Counted from the stretch's first letter, positions 1 to 12,502 are shown. The stretch is DNA of 61,059 bases from Octopus bimaculoides (GCF_001194135.2 NC_068993.1:27630465-27691523); one strand, 5' to 3'. Numbers and translations: made by a program. Notes: generated from the sequence alone by a model not told the origin.

Positions 1-560
1 ATATATACACTTATATATATACCTACTAATTTATATAGACAAATTACACACACTCACATATATACTTATACCCATATATATACATATATATACACATTTA
101 CATAAGTACATACATAAATATACATATACATATACACAAAAATACTCATAACTATATATATAAAAAAATATACAAAATATACACACAAATAAAAATTCAC
201 TCAAATAAATATATAAATAAGGAATATTCTAAAACAAAACTACACTCACGCACTCACTCACACGCACAATATATATAAATATACATCTATACTCACAAAT
301 ATATATCTTTATACATACATGTAAATACAAATATACACTCAATATACACAAACATATATATTAAAAAAAAAATTTTTTAATAAAAAAAAACACATATATA
401 TATACACTTAAACCTATATAAATACATACGTAAACATATATACATACACCTAAAATATACATACGTACTAACGCATATAGACTAAAACACACACACTCAT
501 ATATATATACATATACATGCATATACACATACCCATATAAACAAAATAAATAAAAAATCA
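1..560. repeat. Degenerate TA/CA-rich low-complexity tract
   Basis: Almost only A/T/C in short TA, TACA and CA units; the ORF 361..561 is a low-complexity artefact. Confidence 0.85.
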
Positions 561-2128
561 TTAGCTAAAGTTTTTACATAAATAAAGTAGTTTATGTCTA
601 CATTTTATTTTTTGTCCATCAAAAGAATTAAGTAAATTATTATCCTTATGAAATAATATCTCTTTAAATTCATTATTACATAAATTACAAAAGCTGTTAC
701 CTATATGATAGGATTTAGCTTTACAAACTATCTCCCATTTTAAAATATAGTTAATATTTTTAGCTTTAAGTTCCCAAATATATTTACTGAGGCCAGTAGA
801 ATTAATTAAATTTCTATTCTTAAATGAGTGCATATGTTGAGCTACTCTTAATTTAATTTTATTAGAAGTCGAACCTATATAAATCTTATTTAAATTATAA
901 CCATTATGTTTATTTTCATTCAATAATTTCACTATACATTTATATACTACATCTTTCAAATTACATTTATTATTAAAATTACATTTAGTTTTATCTAAAC
1001 ATGTNNNNNNNNNNNNNNNNNNNNNNNNNNNNNNNNNNNNNNNNNNNNNNNNNNNNNNNNNNNNNNNNNNNNNNNNNNNNNNNNNNNNNNNNNNNNNNNN
1101 NNNNNNNNNNNNNNNNNNNNNNNNNNNNNNNNNNNNNNNNNNNNNNNNNNNNNNNNNNNNNNNNNNNNNNNNNNNNNNNNNNNNNNNNNNNNNNNNNNNN
1201 NNNNNNNNNNNNNNNNNNNNNNNNNNNNNNNNNNNNNNNNNNNNNNNNNNNNNNNNNNNNNNNNNNNNNNNNNNNNNNNNNNNNNNNNNNNNNNNNNNNN
1301 NNNNNNNNNNNNNNNNNNNNNNNNNNNNNNNNNNNNNNNNNNNNNNNNNNNNNNNNNNNNNNNNNNNNNNNNNNNNNNNNNNNNNNNNNNNNNNNNNNNN
1401 NNNNNNNNNNNNNNNNNNNNNNNNNNNNNNNNNNNNNNNNNNNNNNNNNNNNNNNNNNNNNNNNNNNNNNNNNNNNNNNNNNNNNNNNNNNNNNNNNNNN
1501 NNNNNNNNNNNNNNNNNNNNNNNNNNNNNNNNNNNNNNNNNNNNNNNNNNNNNNNNNNNNNNNNNNNNNNNNNNNNNNNNNNNNNNNNNNNNNNNNNNNN
1601 NNNNNNNNNNNNNNNNNNNNNNNNNNNNNNNNNNNNNNNNNNNNNNNNNNNNNNNNNNNNNNNNNNNNNNNNNNNNNNNNNNNNNNNNNNNNNNNNNNNN
1701 NNNNNNNNNNNNNNNNNNNNNNNNNNNNNNNNNNNNNNNNNNNNNNNNNNNNNAAAATAATCTCTGGTAACTTTTCTAGCCCACAATTTATTATCATATT
1801 TAATCAATGATTTCCTAGCCATTTTAACTACTTTTACTTCATCGTTAGTCATACCTACTTTCTTCATAGCAAAAATTAGGGCCTTATTTAGTACAATTTC
1901 ATTTATAGAAGAATAATAATTGTCAATATCAATTTGAATAAATTTATACCTATATTTATCATTAATACTATTAAACCAATTTAAAGTATCTACTGTGGAA
2001 TTCCATAATTTAAGATAATTAATTCCATTTAATTTGTTAATATATTTATCTAAAATTATTTTACTTAATTTACCTAGATCTGACTTACAAGGACAAATAA
2101 GCCTAACTTTAGGGTCAGAATAAAAATT
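561..2128 (-). mobile_element. Penelope-like element (Naiad-like): RT plus C-terminal GIY-YIG endonuclease; 5' truncated, gap inside
   Basis: Minus strand 2128-1754 reads NFYSDPKVRLICPCKSDLGKLSKIILD...WF...FIQIDIDNYYSSI...RKSL (PLE RT). After the gap it reads C..K.KC...KC..KDVVYKC...IYIGST...W.LK...KWEI...CNLCNNE...CRH, stop at 561-563. Confidence 0.85.
1005..1753. other. Assembly gap (N run)
   Basis: Run of N; poly-X ORFs here are artefacts. Confidence 1.
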
Positions 2129-2139
2129 ACCACCACCAC

Positions 2140-3290
2140 CACATTGTACTCAGGATTATTCAGATATTCAAGACAGACATGAAAGTCGTCATTCATTTCG
2201 ACGTCTCTTCGGTATTTTCATTAGAGTGAAACAGGGGTGCGTGTTCTCTCCCATTTTGTTTGGTATCGTCATTGCTGTCATGTTGAAGAACGACTAAAGA
2301 TGTTTATCTCCACACAAGATACATACAGCAAACTATTTAGTCTGTCTCCTCGACTGAAGGCGAAAACCAAAGTTTGTAATGTTCTCATCAGGGACATGCT
2401 ATTTCCAGTTGGTGCGGAACTGGCTACACTCTTGAAACTACACCACCTCATGAATAGCTTCACAAGGGCATGTCAGGACTTGACCATCAGTCTTAATAAG
2501 AGAAACGTGCTGGGCCAAGATATTGAACACTCCTATCATCAACATTAACAATTGTAAAATAGAAGCACTTCGCAAGTGTACAAGCCTTGGCTCCACCATT
2601 ACGGATAAACTTTCACCGGAGACTGAGATAAACAAGCGTATTGGAAGATTTGCCTCAACACTAGCTAGAGTCGTTACGAAACTCTGAGAGAACAGTAAGC
2701 TAACTGGACACACCAAGTTTGCAGTTTTCTTAGTACACTACTCTATGGAAATGAGGCCTGCACTATCTACTCCAGATAAGAGTGGTATCTCAATGCATTC
2801 CATCTTTGCAGTCTAAGCTGAATTCTGAACATCAACTGGACTGTCTGAGACATCAACTACAAGGTTCTGACTCAAGTATATATATTTCATCTCTTCATCC
2901 AACTGCAACAACGACGCATCCGTTGCATATCAGATAAAAGGATTCCAAAAGAATTGGTATGTGGTGAACTGACCTCCGTCAAGCGAATACAATGACGATC
3001 CCATGTTTGTCTCAAAATTATTTGCAAGACTCTTTACATGAACGTTGAAAAATGGGAGACATTGCTGATGCTCCTGATGACTAGAGTTTAAAAAGACGAA
3101 AGGAGGGACTAAAGATTGCTGAGGCAGAAAATGCAGCACTAACGAAAATATAAGTGGACATCGCCTTAAAGTGTAGTCACTAAGATCGGGTCTGCCGCTC
3201 ATTTGTTGGTTTATACATTCACAACAATTATAGTTCCGCCAACAAGACCAAAACTCGATTTTCTGGTGCAACCCATGATCTCGCGAAATT
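2140..3290 (+). mobile_element. RTE-clade LINE, 5'-truncated and frameshifted RT remnant
   Basis: GVKQGCVLSPILFGIV motif at ~2227-2275; IRDMLF; INKRIGRFASTLARV; RTE-type C-terminal C..SFVGLYIH segment near 3190-3230. Confidence 0.8.
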
Positions 3291-3316
3291 AATGGATATT
3301 TCTTCCTATGTGTATA

Positions 3317-4003
3317 CAGGGTGCGATGGATAAATTGTCACCATTTATATTTTTAATTTCGCACATACACATTGCTTTGATTTTGTTGACTACATAGTAT
3401 TGTATGGTCAGTTGGGTCCCGTCTATGAGACAAACAGCACCCCGACGCAATTCACTCTGGCAGAAATTTGGAAACAACATGTTGTACTGCCTGACACGCA
3501 CCAGAAGCTCCAATACGAACAGATGGTGAACACACAGAACAACCGTTGGCTTGCCGGGTCCTCAAAACATGTACCAAGAGTGATAAAAATCAAACATCCA
3601 GTCAACATCATGGTGTTTGGTTTGATCACCAGTGATGGCAACGTTAGGCCTCCATTCATCTTCCCACACAACCTCAGACTCAACACAGAGGCCTACATCA
3701 AGTGCCTGGAAGAGATAGAGCTGCCCTGGGTCAAGAGAGTGGCTGCTGGAAGACCTTGTATCTGGCAACAGGATTCTCACCATGCCACACAAGCAGGAGA
3801 ACCCAGTCATGGCTGTCAGACAATTTCTGCGAACACATCACCCCTAACATCTGGTCACCTAACTCCCCAGACTGCAACCCCCTTGATTATGTGTGGGGCT
3901 CAGTTGATCGAGAGACCAACAAAACTCCTTGTAAAACCAAGGATGAACTGAAGGCAACGATTATGACAGTATTCATCAACTTAAACAATAAGACCGTCCA
4001 GAC
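3317..4003 (+). mobile_element. Tc1/mariner-superfamily (maT/rosa-like) DDD/E transposase remnant
   Basis: Starts TA|CAGGGTG (terminus-like). Encodes MVFGLITSDG..PPFIF, WQQD, and frameshifted WSPNSPDCNPLDY.WG; the right end is cut off by a Gypsy element. Confidence 0.8.
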
Positions 4004-6836
4004 TGTGTGGGTGAAATTTACGTGTAGTTTCAACTTCTTGTAACGGTGTTGGAACGTGAAAAGTGTCATATACCCAATCCATCGGTATTTCTACTCTTGT
4101 TGGTTTCTTTTCCATGACGCTTTCCTTAAGTTGATTTCTATGTCTCCTTTCTATTCCATTTCTGCTTCTTACATCATTCTTCCTAATTATGTTACAATTT
4201 CTCCTTCTTCTCAGTACTGCTTGCCATTTTTGTTCATTCTTACATATACCTTATTCTAAAGAATTTTGGCATGTTTTTATTAGCACGTATTTTTTTCTTC
4301 ACTGGTAACAGTTTATCGAATACTGGCTTCACCTTTCTGGCAAACATTAATTCTGCTGGTGAAATTCCTTCTGGCGCACTTGGGTTTGGAGTACTCTGTA
4401 TTGCCTTAAGTATTGTTGGATCATGACCTCGTCCGTGGTTTCCTTATTAGCTTCTTTTAAAGCTCTACTAAAAGTGTCCACGAAACGTTCGGCCCTTCCA
4501 TTCGATCTAGGGTGGTATGGTGCTATAGTTTTATGTTCTAACGTAAACATCTCACAGAATCTTTTAAACTCACAGAATACAAACTGTGTTCCGTTATCAG
4601 AGACATTTATATCCGGTACACCAAATCTTATGAACAGCTCGTGTAAGAAATTTATTACCGTATATGAGGTTCATCGTTTACATCTCGCGACCTCAGGCCA
4701 TTTTGTGTAGCTGTCCACTACTATTAAGTAATAATATCCATTAACCGGGCCTGCTAAATCGATGTGCAATCGGGACCATGATATTTTCACTTCCGGCCAA
4801 GGTTCACATTTTGTAGTCGATGATTTCGCTGCTAGCGCACATCCTCTGCAGCCTTTTACTAGACTTTCAATTTCCTTGTCGATGATTAGCCAGTATCCGA
4901 AACTTCACATCACCGTTTTCATTCTAGATTTTCCTGGGTGTCCGACATAGAACTCTTTTAACATTCTCTTGTGTAATGTTTGTGGTATGACCACCCTATG
5001 GGGGTACATTAGTACACCATCACATATAGAGTACGCACTCACATATTAGCTGTTCTTTGCATCAGACCTTTCTTTATTTCCTTCTGTCGACCAGTTTTCT
5101 TTTTGTCTAATTTAATAAATTTGTTTTTTCTCACATTTCTTTGTATTTCTTCCAAAGTTACTGGTAGTTCACGCACAATGTTCCACATCACTATTTTTTT
5201 GTTTCAGTTCATCAACCTCGTTCGATCATTTGACTGTAAAGGGTTACGCTATTGCACAATGCGCTTATGGATGTATCCCATAAATTAAATTTCTTCATAC
5301 ATTCGGTGCCATATAAGTTCATGGATTTTTCAACACAAACATTCACTTTTTTTATTCGACCTTTGAACATTATATTACGAATGCGTTTGCCCGTGAAATA
5401 TAATTTTCTTCCCGTAACACCGTGCGCTATTTTGTTTAAACTACACAATTTTGGCTTACCCATTCGTTCCCATGTTTTCTCATTTATGATTGTGATATCA
5501 CTTCCCGTGTCTAATTGCAATATAACACTAGTGTTTTCAATTCTCACATTCATGAATTTTCTGTTTGTTGCAGTCACAACTTTTCCCGCTGACAAACTAT
5601 TTATTTTTTCTTGTTTGCTCCATTTTCTTATCATTCTAGTTTTGCAGTGCGGTTTTATATGTCCTGTAAACCCGCAGCGAAAACACTTTGCTTTTTTACA
5701 CGGACAATCTTTTTTCAGGCGCATCCTACCACATGCCATACATGGGTCTACACTCCGATATTTTTTCTGATTTTCCTGCAACATTTTACTTGTCTTCTGA
5801 CTTTTTTGCACTAGTCTCATGTGGAAACACTCTTTCCGTTGAATTTCTTCCGTATCATGCCTGAATTTTAATATCCTGTTACACTCTTCCGACAGTTTCT
5901 GCAATGTCAATTCCTGGTTCATTTCCAGTTTTGATAGAATTTTCGTTCGGATTTCTGCATCCCTTTTATCTGTCAATCCTTGTACAAAAATCAAACAGTT
6001 GAAAGAATCTGGAGTAAGCATATCTAGCCTAAATTTCTCATATTCTTTGTTGACTCTGCCTGTGAAAGTAATGATGTCTTTATCTTCACTCTTCTCAATG
6101 TTTAAACACTTCCAACTAGTATTAAACAGTGAGCTCTTTCCACTAAACATTTTGCACAAAATGTCAACTGTGTCGGTGAAATTTATGTCACTTTTTTGGC
6201 AATATGAAGTTACTATACTTCTCATGCTCTGTTGTCGCTAGTTTTTTTTTAACACCAAATGAGTTTCATTTCGTCCGTCCAATCCTGACATACTTTTTCA
6301 AAAATTTGTCGAAATCTTCGAAAGTAAACCTCGAAGGTTACTCCTTCTTGGGGGTCATATTTAAATTCGTTTATGGAATTTGCTACATGGTCAGGTGAAA
6401 ATGTATGAACCTCATTAGTTGCTGCTGCAATCCTTGTTGTTGTTCTCGTTGTTCCTTGAGTTGTTGTTGTTGCTGCTGTTTTACGATTTTGGTAAGTTTG
6501 CACAACTAGATTTTTGTTTCTTTTTTGTCGAAGTATTTGATTGTCCACGTGAATTAGTTTAAACTCTCCGCGTGAATGTTTTTTTCATTCTGCGCAAATT
6601 TGTTTTTCCTCGCTGATTGTCGCTGTGACAGACACTGCTATATTCCGAAGTCGTCGATAGAATGTTTCTATCTGCCACTGTACGACTCCCTCAGAAAGCT
6701 GGATCGTTATAACGTCTATTCAGTATCACAGTATAATTACTATATCAGCACAGACACGACTATCAACACAGTCTACACGTACTCTCGATCTTCTGACCAG
6801 CTACTGGTCTATTTATAATGGCTGTGTACTACTACA
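4004..6836 (-). mobile_element. Ty3/Gypsy LTR element remnant (gag-CCHC-protease-integrase; RT/RNase H absent)
   Basis: ORF 5212..6225 has CMACG/CFRCGFTGHIKPHC zinc knuckles and LDTGSDITII protease. Integrase pieces 4347-5060: EF.VGHPG, LHIDLAG, PYHPRSNGRAERFVD. LTR-like 6836-6680 (TGTAG...TACA, contains TATAAATA) is followed by G-TGGCAG. Confidence 0.85.
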
Positions 6837-7493
6837 TGTTACCGGGAGGGGTGTACGTTTTCACTATAAACAGCATGTAAGCCTTTTGCAGCTAAGAAAA
6901 ACAAACTGATATATATCGACTTAAAATTTTTTACCACTGATATTCTTTCTATTTTGCAGGTCCCTGTTTCGAATACTGTGATTCTGGTTCCAGATTAGCA
7001 GGGTTTTTAAGTCAACCATTTTTTCCCATATTCTTCCTACTAACTGTTTATATCCTACCAATATACTAATGTTTATTAATGTTCATCTAACAGCATATAA
7101 ATTTATCTATTTTCTTTTAAATAACTAATACAATAAGTAAATTGATCATGCTTCATCAATCTAAATCAATGGTTCCTAATCTTTAAATAGTATAGCTTTA
7201 ACTATTACACCGGTTAAATATGTACTAATTTTATCGACATTGAATAGTAAATAGAGCTCTGTCATTGCCATATTCGTGGTGTATGCTTAATTGTTTTATC
7301 CCATTACGAGTATTATAAAATATCTGCTCGGTTTTAAGAAAACGCTTTGATTTGTTATCTACTAGCCATCATGAAGTTTAGGGTTTTCCTACTATCATTT
7401 AAATCATCATCATATATAAATTCAAATTACGATAAACGTAAACAAACAAACGAAGTTTGCTTTTAGAAGCGTTGAGATGTCTTAGAAAGTTAA

Positions 7494-7620
7494 AGAAGTG
7501 ATTTTAAATTCTCAAACGCAGGATAATGCTAATAATATAGCCTGAAAAGGATAAACTACCCCTATTTTGCAGGCTATATTATTAGCATTATCCTGCGTTT
7601 GAGAATTTAAAATCACTTCT
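7494..7620. mobile_element. 127-bp MITE-like palindrome with perfect 51-bp TIRs flanked by TTAA
   Basis: 7489-7544 is the exact reverse complement of 7570-7625; TTAA at 7490-7493 and 7621-7624; termini AG...CT. Confidence 0.75.
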
Positions 7621-9118
7621 TTAACATCATATATATAATTATATACGCAATCCATCGTATAAATGTAGATTTATGAACAATGCATATCAATTTAATTTCC
7701 AGTAAAAGAAACTTGTGCATTAATCTTCTCTGATCTGATTTCACACGATTTTCTCGATATTTTAGAATAATATGAAAAGCTATGTCATAAACTTCGTGCC
7801 CTTTACCAGGTAGATAACCTCGTTCATTAAGTGAATTTGTATTAAATAAGAATCGAAATGAAAGTTCCGCCTGAAAACCATTTTTTCTTTATTTTTTTTG
7901 CTTACCGAGCAGTAAACCCAGAAAAATTATTTAATGTTTTATCATGAGATAAGCTTCTGTTATGGTCAGGTTGTGATTCTTTATTTATATTCCTTTTCAC
8001 TGATATCCCACGTGAGAATTTATCTCAGTACTCTCATTTTTAAATTCCCCTAAAATGTAAGGATTTCTATGTGGCCAGTAGAAATTCAGTATTAAGATAT
8101 AAGGTAGCAAGCGTTATAGAGAAGTAAATACTCAGTAAGACGAGTCTCGGGCGTCTTTTTTCATTAATCTTTTATGCCTTATATCTCTGTTCTGCTTTCG
8201 AAAAGAAGAATGAGCATCATATGCTGTTACATTTTCAGGTAAAACTTTTTATAAATGTATAAAATAAAAAATCCCTTATAACCGGCATAATTTTATAAAA
8301 GCGTTATTAAATCTGGTTTATTTGATAAATTGCCATTATATTTTGAATGGAGTTTGTGTTGTTTTCATTAGAAATAATGAATATCGCTTTAATCGGTGTG
8401 AATTTGAATTACTGGAGATCCCGTTGGTTCTTTTGGGATCTCTTGAAGAAAATATGCATGCATTTGTACTAACGATACTAGTTATTTATATAGTGTTCCC
8501 TCAGCGTAAAATGATGTGTTATATATACCTATAATACTTATTTACAAATAAGTGAAACAGCACACATTACAGCAACCTATCTAGTTGTAAATGTGTACTA
8601 CAGTGTAGTGCAGTTGACTGCCATGAGCAGTGATATCTATGTACCACTTTGTTGTCCGTCTGTAATGCTTAGTTCAAATTTCATACAGTAAGGTTACAGT
8701 AGGTGTAAGGTGCGACCAAGACAAGCAGGCATAAACAAATGAATATAGAAATATAATTCTATCCAAGGGATGATATCAAAGCAAACACCTGTACAAATGT
8801 TTGTATGCTACATTACATTCCATATAATTAAGATGTCACCAATTAAAGATGAATTTGACAACAAAAGTGTTTTTGAGAACGTTTTGGTAGCAGTTAGTAT
8901 AGCTTAGAATTTCACTTTTGGTATTTGAGTTTCGTACTGTAGACTAGAAGAATTCATGTGTGTCAAACGATGGCTGCTATTTCCATTAGGTTGACTCCAA
9001 CATCATATATTCGGACATTATTTCACTCCTGTTCATTCATGAGCCCAAAATATCGATACTTTGAAAGGGATGTCATCCATTAAAAAAAATTGAGTTAATG
9101 ATTGGTGTCTTCATCACA

Positions 9119-9252
<134 letters not shown>

Positions 9253-9943
9253 GAATTACATCTTGATGTAAGAGAGATTTTAGCTTTTCTAAGAACACAC
9301 AAAATACACTTTCATATATTTCTTAATGGTACAGTCAAGTAAAAGTTTTCAAAAATGCTTTTCTCACACTTCTGCGACCTGCTCAGTGACAATTCAGTTG
9401 TATAATCGTACAAATCCAAAGAAAGAAATAAAAACAAACTCAACATAGTCGATTATATTTCGTTCTTCTTTAATACTTCAAGCATTAATATTTTAAAATC
9501 TGGGAAACTTGTTTCCTATCATTCTCGTATCAATCCACTGTAGCTGAAATCTGAAATATAATATATAGAATAACAGAATATTTAGTATATCAGTAACATG
9601 CTCACGTAGAGACATACTCGCAGATACACGAATACATGCGTCATTATGCATGCTTATATACAAATATATTCATGGTAACATCTAAACATACAAAGCACAT
9701 ATTAAAAGTGTAGATATGGTTTCCTATAGAGAAACATATTTTTAGAGACATTATTCTGTTATTCTAAACTTTGATCTTGCATAAAGAAGGATCAAATATT
9801 GTTTCACATGGCTAACCTTGTGGTCGGAAGATATCGATATAAATACTAAACTATCCTACCTATTTATAGCGGTATAAACAAAACATACACACGCTATCTG
9901 TAAAATAGAAATCAGAAGAGGAAGTCATACTTCTTGTGATATA

Positions 9944-10072
9944 CACACACTCACTCACACACACACACGCACGCACACACCCACACACACCCACACACAT
10001 ACACACACCACATATCTATCTGTGTGTGTATGTGTGTGTGAGTGTGTGCGTGTGTGTGTGCGCGTGTGTGTG
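9944..10072. repeat. Adjacent (CA)n and (TG)n imperfect microsatellites (self-complementary pair)
   Basis: CA tract ~9944-10012, then TG tract ~10021-10072. Confidence 0.9.
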
Positions 10073-10170
10073 TAATGTACTGTTCCGTGATAGAATAATC
10101 AACCAAAATTGTACGCTCTCTGGTGAGAGATAAATATTATTTATTTAAAAGACACAATACATATCTTCAA

Positions 10171-10225
10171 GTGCTACTAATAGTTTCATATATTGAGAAA
10201 TATCTCAAACATAATCATCAGGCAC
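10171..10225 (-). ncRNA. Minimal type I hammerhead ribozyme motif in a PLE 3' repeat
   Basis: Minus strand: GTGC-CTGATGA-ttatgtttgaga tatt tctcaatatat-GAAAC-tatta-GTA-GCAC. Intact core, stem I GUGC/GCAC, GUA cleavage triplet. Confidence 0.75.
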
Positions 10226-10419
10226 AAACCACATATCATAACGAACTAAAAAGATTGAATAAGAAACGCATAAAGGCTGAGAAGGCTTCTCAGCTTTAGA
10301 AAACGCGGAAGGTTAAAAAAACAGAAAAAGAAAAATTAAAAACTAAAATGTAAAACGTAGACCTTAAATTATAAGGCTGGAAAGATATCAACAAGTTAGG
10401 TATATGCGGAATTTTCCAA

Positions 10420-10960
10420 TTCTTCATAATATATTCATACATACGTTTGCAACCGCTGAAAATTTCAGACCTGAACTTCAGTAGAGAGTTAGGGATCTTA
10501 GACCTGAAAAGGATTTTGTGGTCTTTCAGCTAAACATAGCCTACATTTATTTGATCCATTAACATAAGGCGTGAATTTCTCAATTATTTTCCACTTAATC
10601 ACATGCGGTATTTCGCTAGCTTTCAAACTCCATACATGGCTCGCCAGCTTATTAGCTTCGTTTCTGTCCTTATGTCGGGAGGAGGCTATATGATTGGCAT
10701 AGAAATTTTTAAATTCTCTATCACATAATCATCCAATATAGGTCTTCTTATCTACTGTATTATCATTTAGCGTTGCAGTAACTTCTGTCTCATACATGAC
10801 AGATTTAATCATACATTGTTATCAAATGGGCAGGTTTCTGGGTCGCGACAGTTACAACTGGATTTAGACCCTTGGTATTGATCTCGTGCAAGGATACTGT
10901 TCATATACAGCTAGAAACAGGATTCTCTCCATTTGAGTAGTTGTGATTCAAACCACATAG
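10420..10960 (-). mobile_element. Second Naiad-like PLE, GIY-YIG endonuclease remnant (not in ORF track)
   Basis: Manual translation with frameshifts: SCNCRDPETCPF..C..KSVMYE...KKTYIG*LCDREFKNFYANH...LASHVWSLK...IKWKII...Y.NG..KCRLCLAE...RSEIFSGC. Confidence 0.8.
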
Positions 10961-11207
10961 TTTCCATAAACAAACCAAATTAGTTGAGTGGGGATTATAA
11001 CTGTATATACTAGCTAATTCTATTTAGAACATAAATTCTTTAAAACAAAATTTTCCAAGTTCAACAACCCGTGAACAAAAAAACAAAATAAGGAAAAGAG
11101 GCAAAGGGAAAAAGAAACGAACACCAAGCTAATTGCAAACAAAACCGCAAGCAATTTAAAAAAATTAAAAATTAATTTAAAAAATAATTACATGCAGGAA
11201 AATCTAA

Positions 11208-11275
11208 TCTTAGTTTGAAGGTAACGATGAGTACATTTTGGCCCTATTGAACCTCATCAGCACTTTCAAACCTAC
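11208..11275 (-). ncRNA. Decayed hammerhead-like motif
   Basis: Minus: gtttgaaagtg-CTGATGA-ggttc aata gggcc-AAAA(tg)...cgt-taccttcaaac. Stems I and II pair, but GAAAC reads AAAAT. Confidence 0.4.
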
Positions 11276-11749
11276 TTACTTTGATCAGTTGCTAATAGTT
11301 TCAATCAAAACTCCTGTGAGTCAACATGGGATCCCGTGAGAACAATGTAAACTTCTTTTGATTAAGGTATCTTTAGCTCGACGAGTAGCTAGCGGATTAC
11401 CCGTCGCTTGGATCATTACTATTTCAAATGTTCTGCTAGCTATGAAACATATGTAGCCCGGATTCTATCTATCCCATTCCCTAATTTTGGATTCCTATTC
11501 ACATACACAGTAACCCCTGCTGCTAACCGTAAGCTATAAAACAATTTTTTTCAGCTTATCGAACAAGAAAAATTTACGACCACTATTGTTTCTGAAAGTT
11601 GTTTTTTATACCTACTACGGACTGCTCAACGCTTACTACCGTACAACACCTTGATCCTTGAATTTTACCTTTATATATATACATCTATGAAATTAAATTT
11701 AACTATGTTAAAGAGGAAATATTGTTCTGTCACCCTATGGACTGTTGTA

Positions 11750-12500
11750 CTACAGGTGCAGCTATTTTTCGTGATGTGTCAAACTTCCTTCAGGATTTCC
11801 AACTTTCGTGGGATTCGCTAGTAGAGGTGTGCACTTAAGGAGCTCAAACCATGTTTGGTCTGCAGTCTAGATTCATTACTACGGTGAAAGAAAAAAATCA
11901 TCTGTTGTAGGTACACACTGCATACTTCATCATGAAGCCTTAGCATCCAGAACCTTGGCTACTGAAATGAGGAAGGTCTTGAACGTAGTTATCAAAGGTG
12001 TCAGCTTTGTTAAAGGTGGAGCCTTAAACAGTCGTCTTTTCAAACTGATATGTAAAGATATGGAATTTGAACATGAAGCATTGCTTTTTCACTTGAACGT
12101 GCGATGATTATCAAAGGGGAAATGCTTGGAAGGCTTTATGAACTACGAGAAGAAGTAGTAATATTTCTAGATTTGCAGCGGAAGGTAGATCTCCAAGACA
12201 AGTTCCAGTCTGCAGGCTTTCAGTTTTCTCAAGCTTACCTGGTGGACATCTTCGAAGCGTTGAATGCTCTCGACATTAAACTACAAACTACAAGAAAAAA
12301 ACATCTTGGCCAAACTCGACCTCTGGAAATGTCGAATTCAGCAGGGAAATACAGCCAATTTTAGTTACTTGGATTCGGCTCTCATTCACGGTAACCTTGA
12401 TTCTGAGTTAAAAGAAACAAATAATCACTCATCTAACTTACTTGAAAACAGAACTCATCAGATACTTCCCAGATATAGATGAAAAGCGTAAAGCTTTTCA
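11750..12500 (+). mobile_element. hAT (Buster/Charlie-like) transposase remnant
   Basis: HCILHHEALAS at ~11915-11948; ALNSRLFKLIC; LLFH..VR.LSKGK; YELREEV..FL; QFSQAYLVDIFEALN.L. Confidence 0.8.
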
Positions 12501-12502
12501 TC

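Noticed and set aside
991-1867. Long ORFs in the track spanning N runs (also 46432-47252, 48504-49203, 50333-50802, 52535-53138)
   Set aside because: Poly-X artefacts of assembly gaps; only the flanking real sequence was interpreted.
6940-7045. Strong plus-strand acceptor followed by (G)PCFEYCDSGS...stop
   Set aside because: No recognisable domain and no partner exons on the plus strand.
9440-9580. Minus-strand tandem acceptors (tttcag atttcag) as a candidate last exon of the PAN gene
   Set aside because: They give only 4-10 codons with no homology evidence; several equally weak candidates exist (near 8790, 8050 and 26925).
10729-10731. In-frame TGA right after YIG in the second PLE, a possible selenocysteine codon
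   Set aside because: It is an extra codon explained by a GAT triplication (GGATTA to GGATGATTA), it is not at a Cys position, and the copy is frameshifted.
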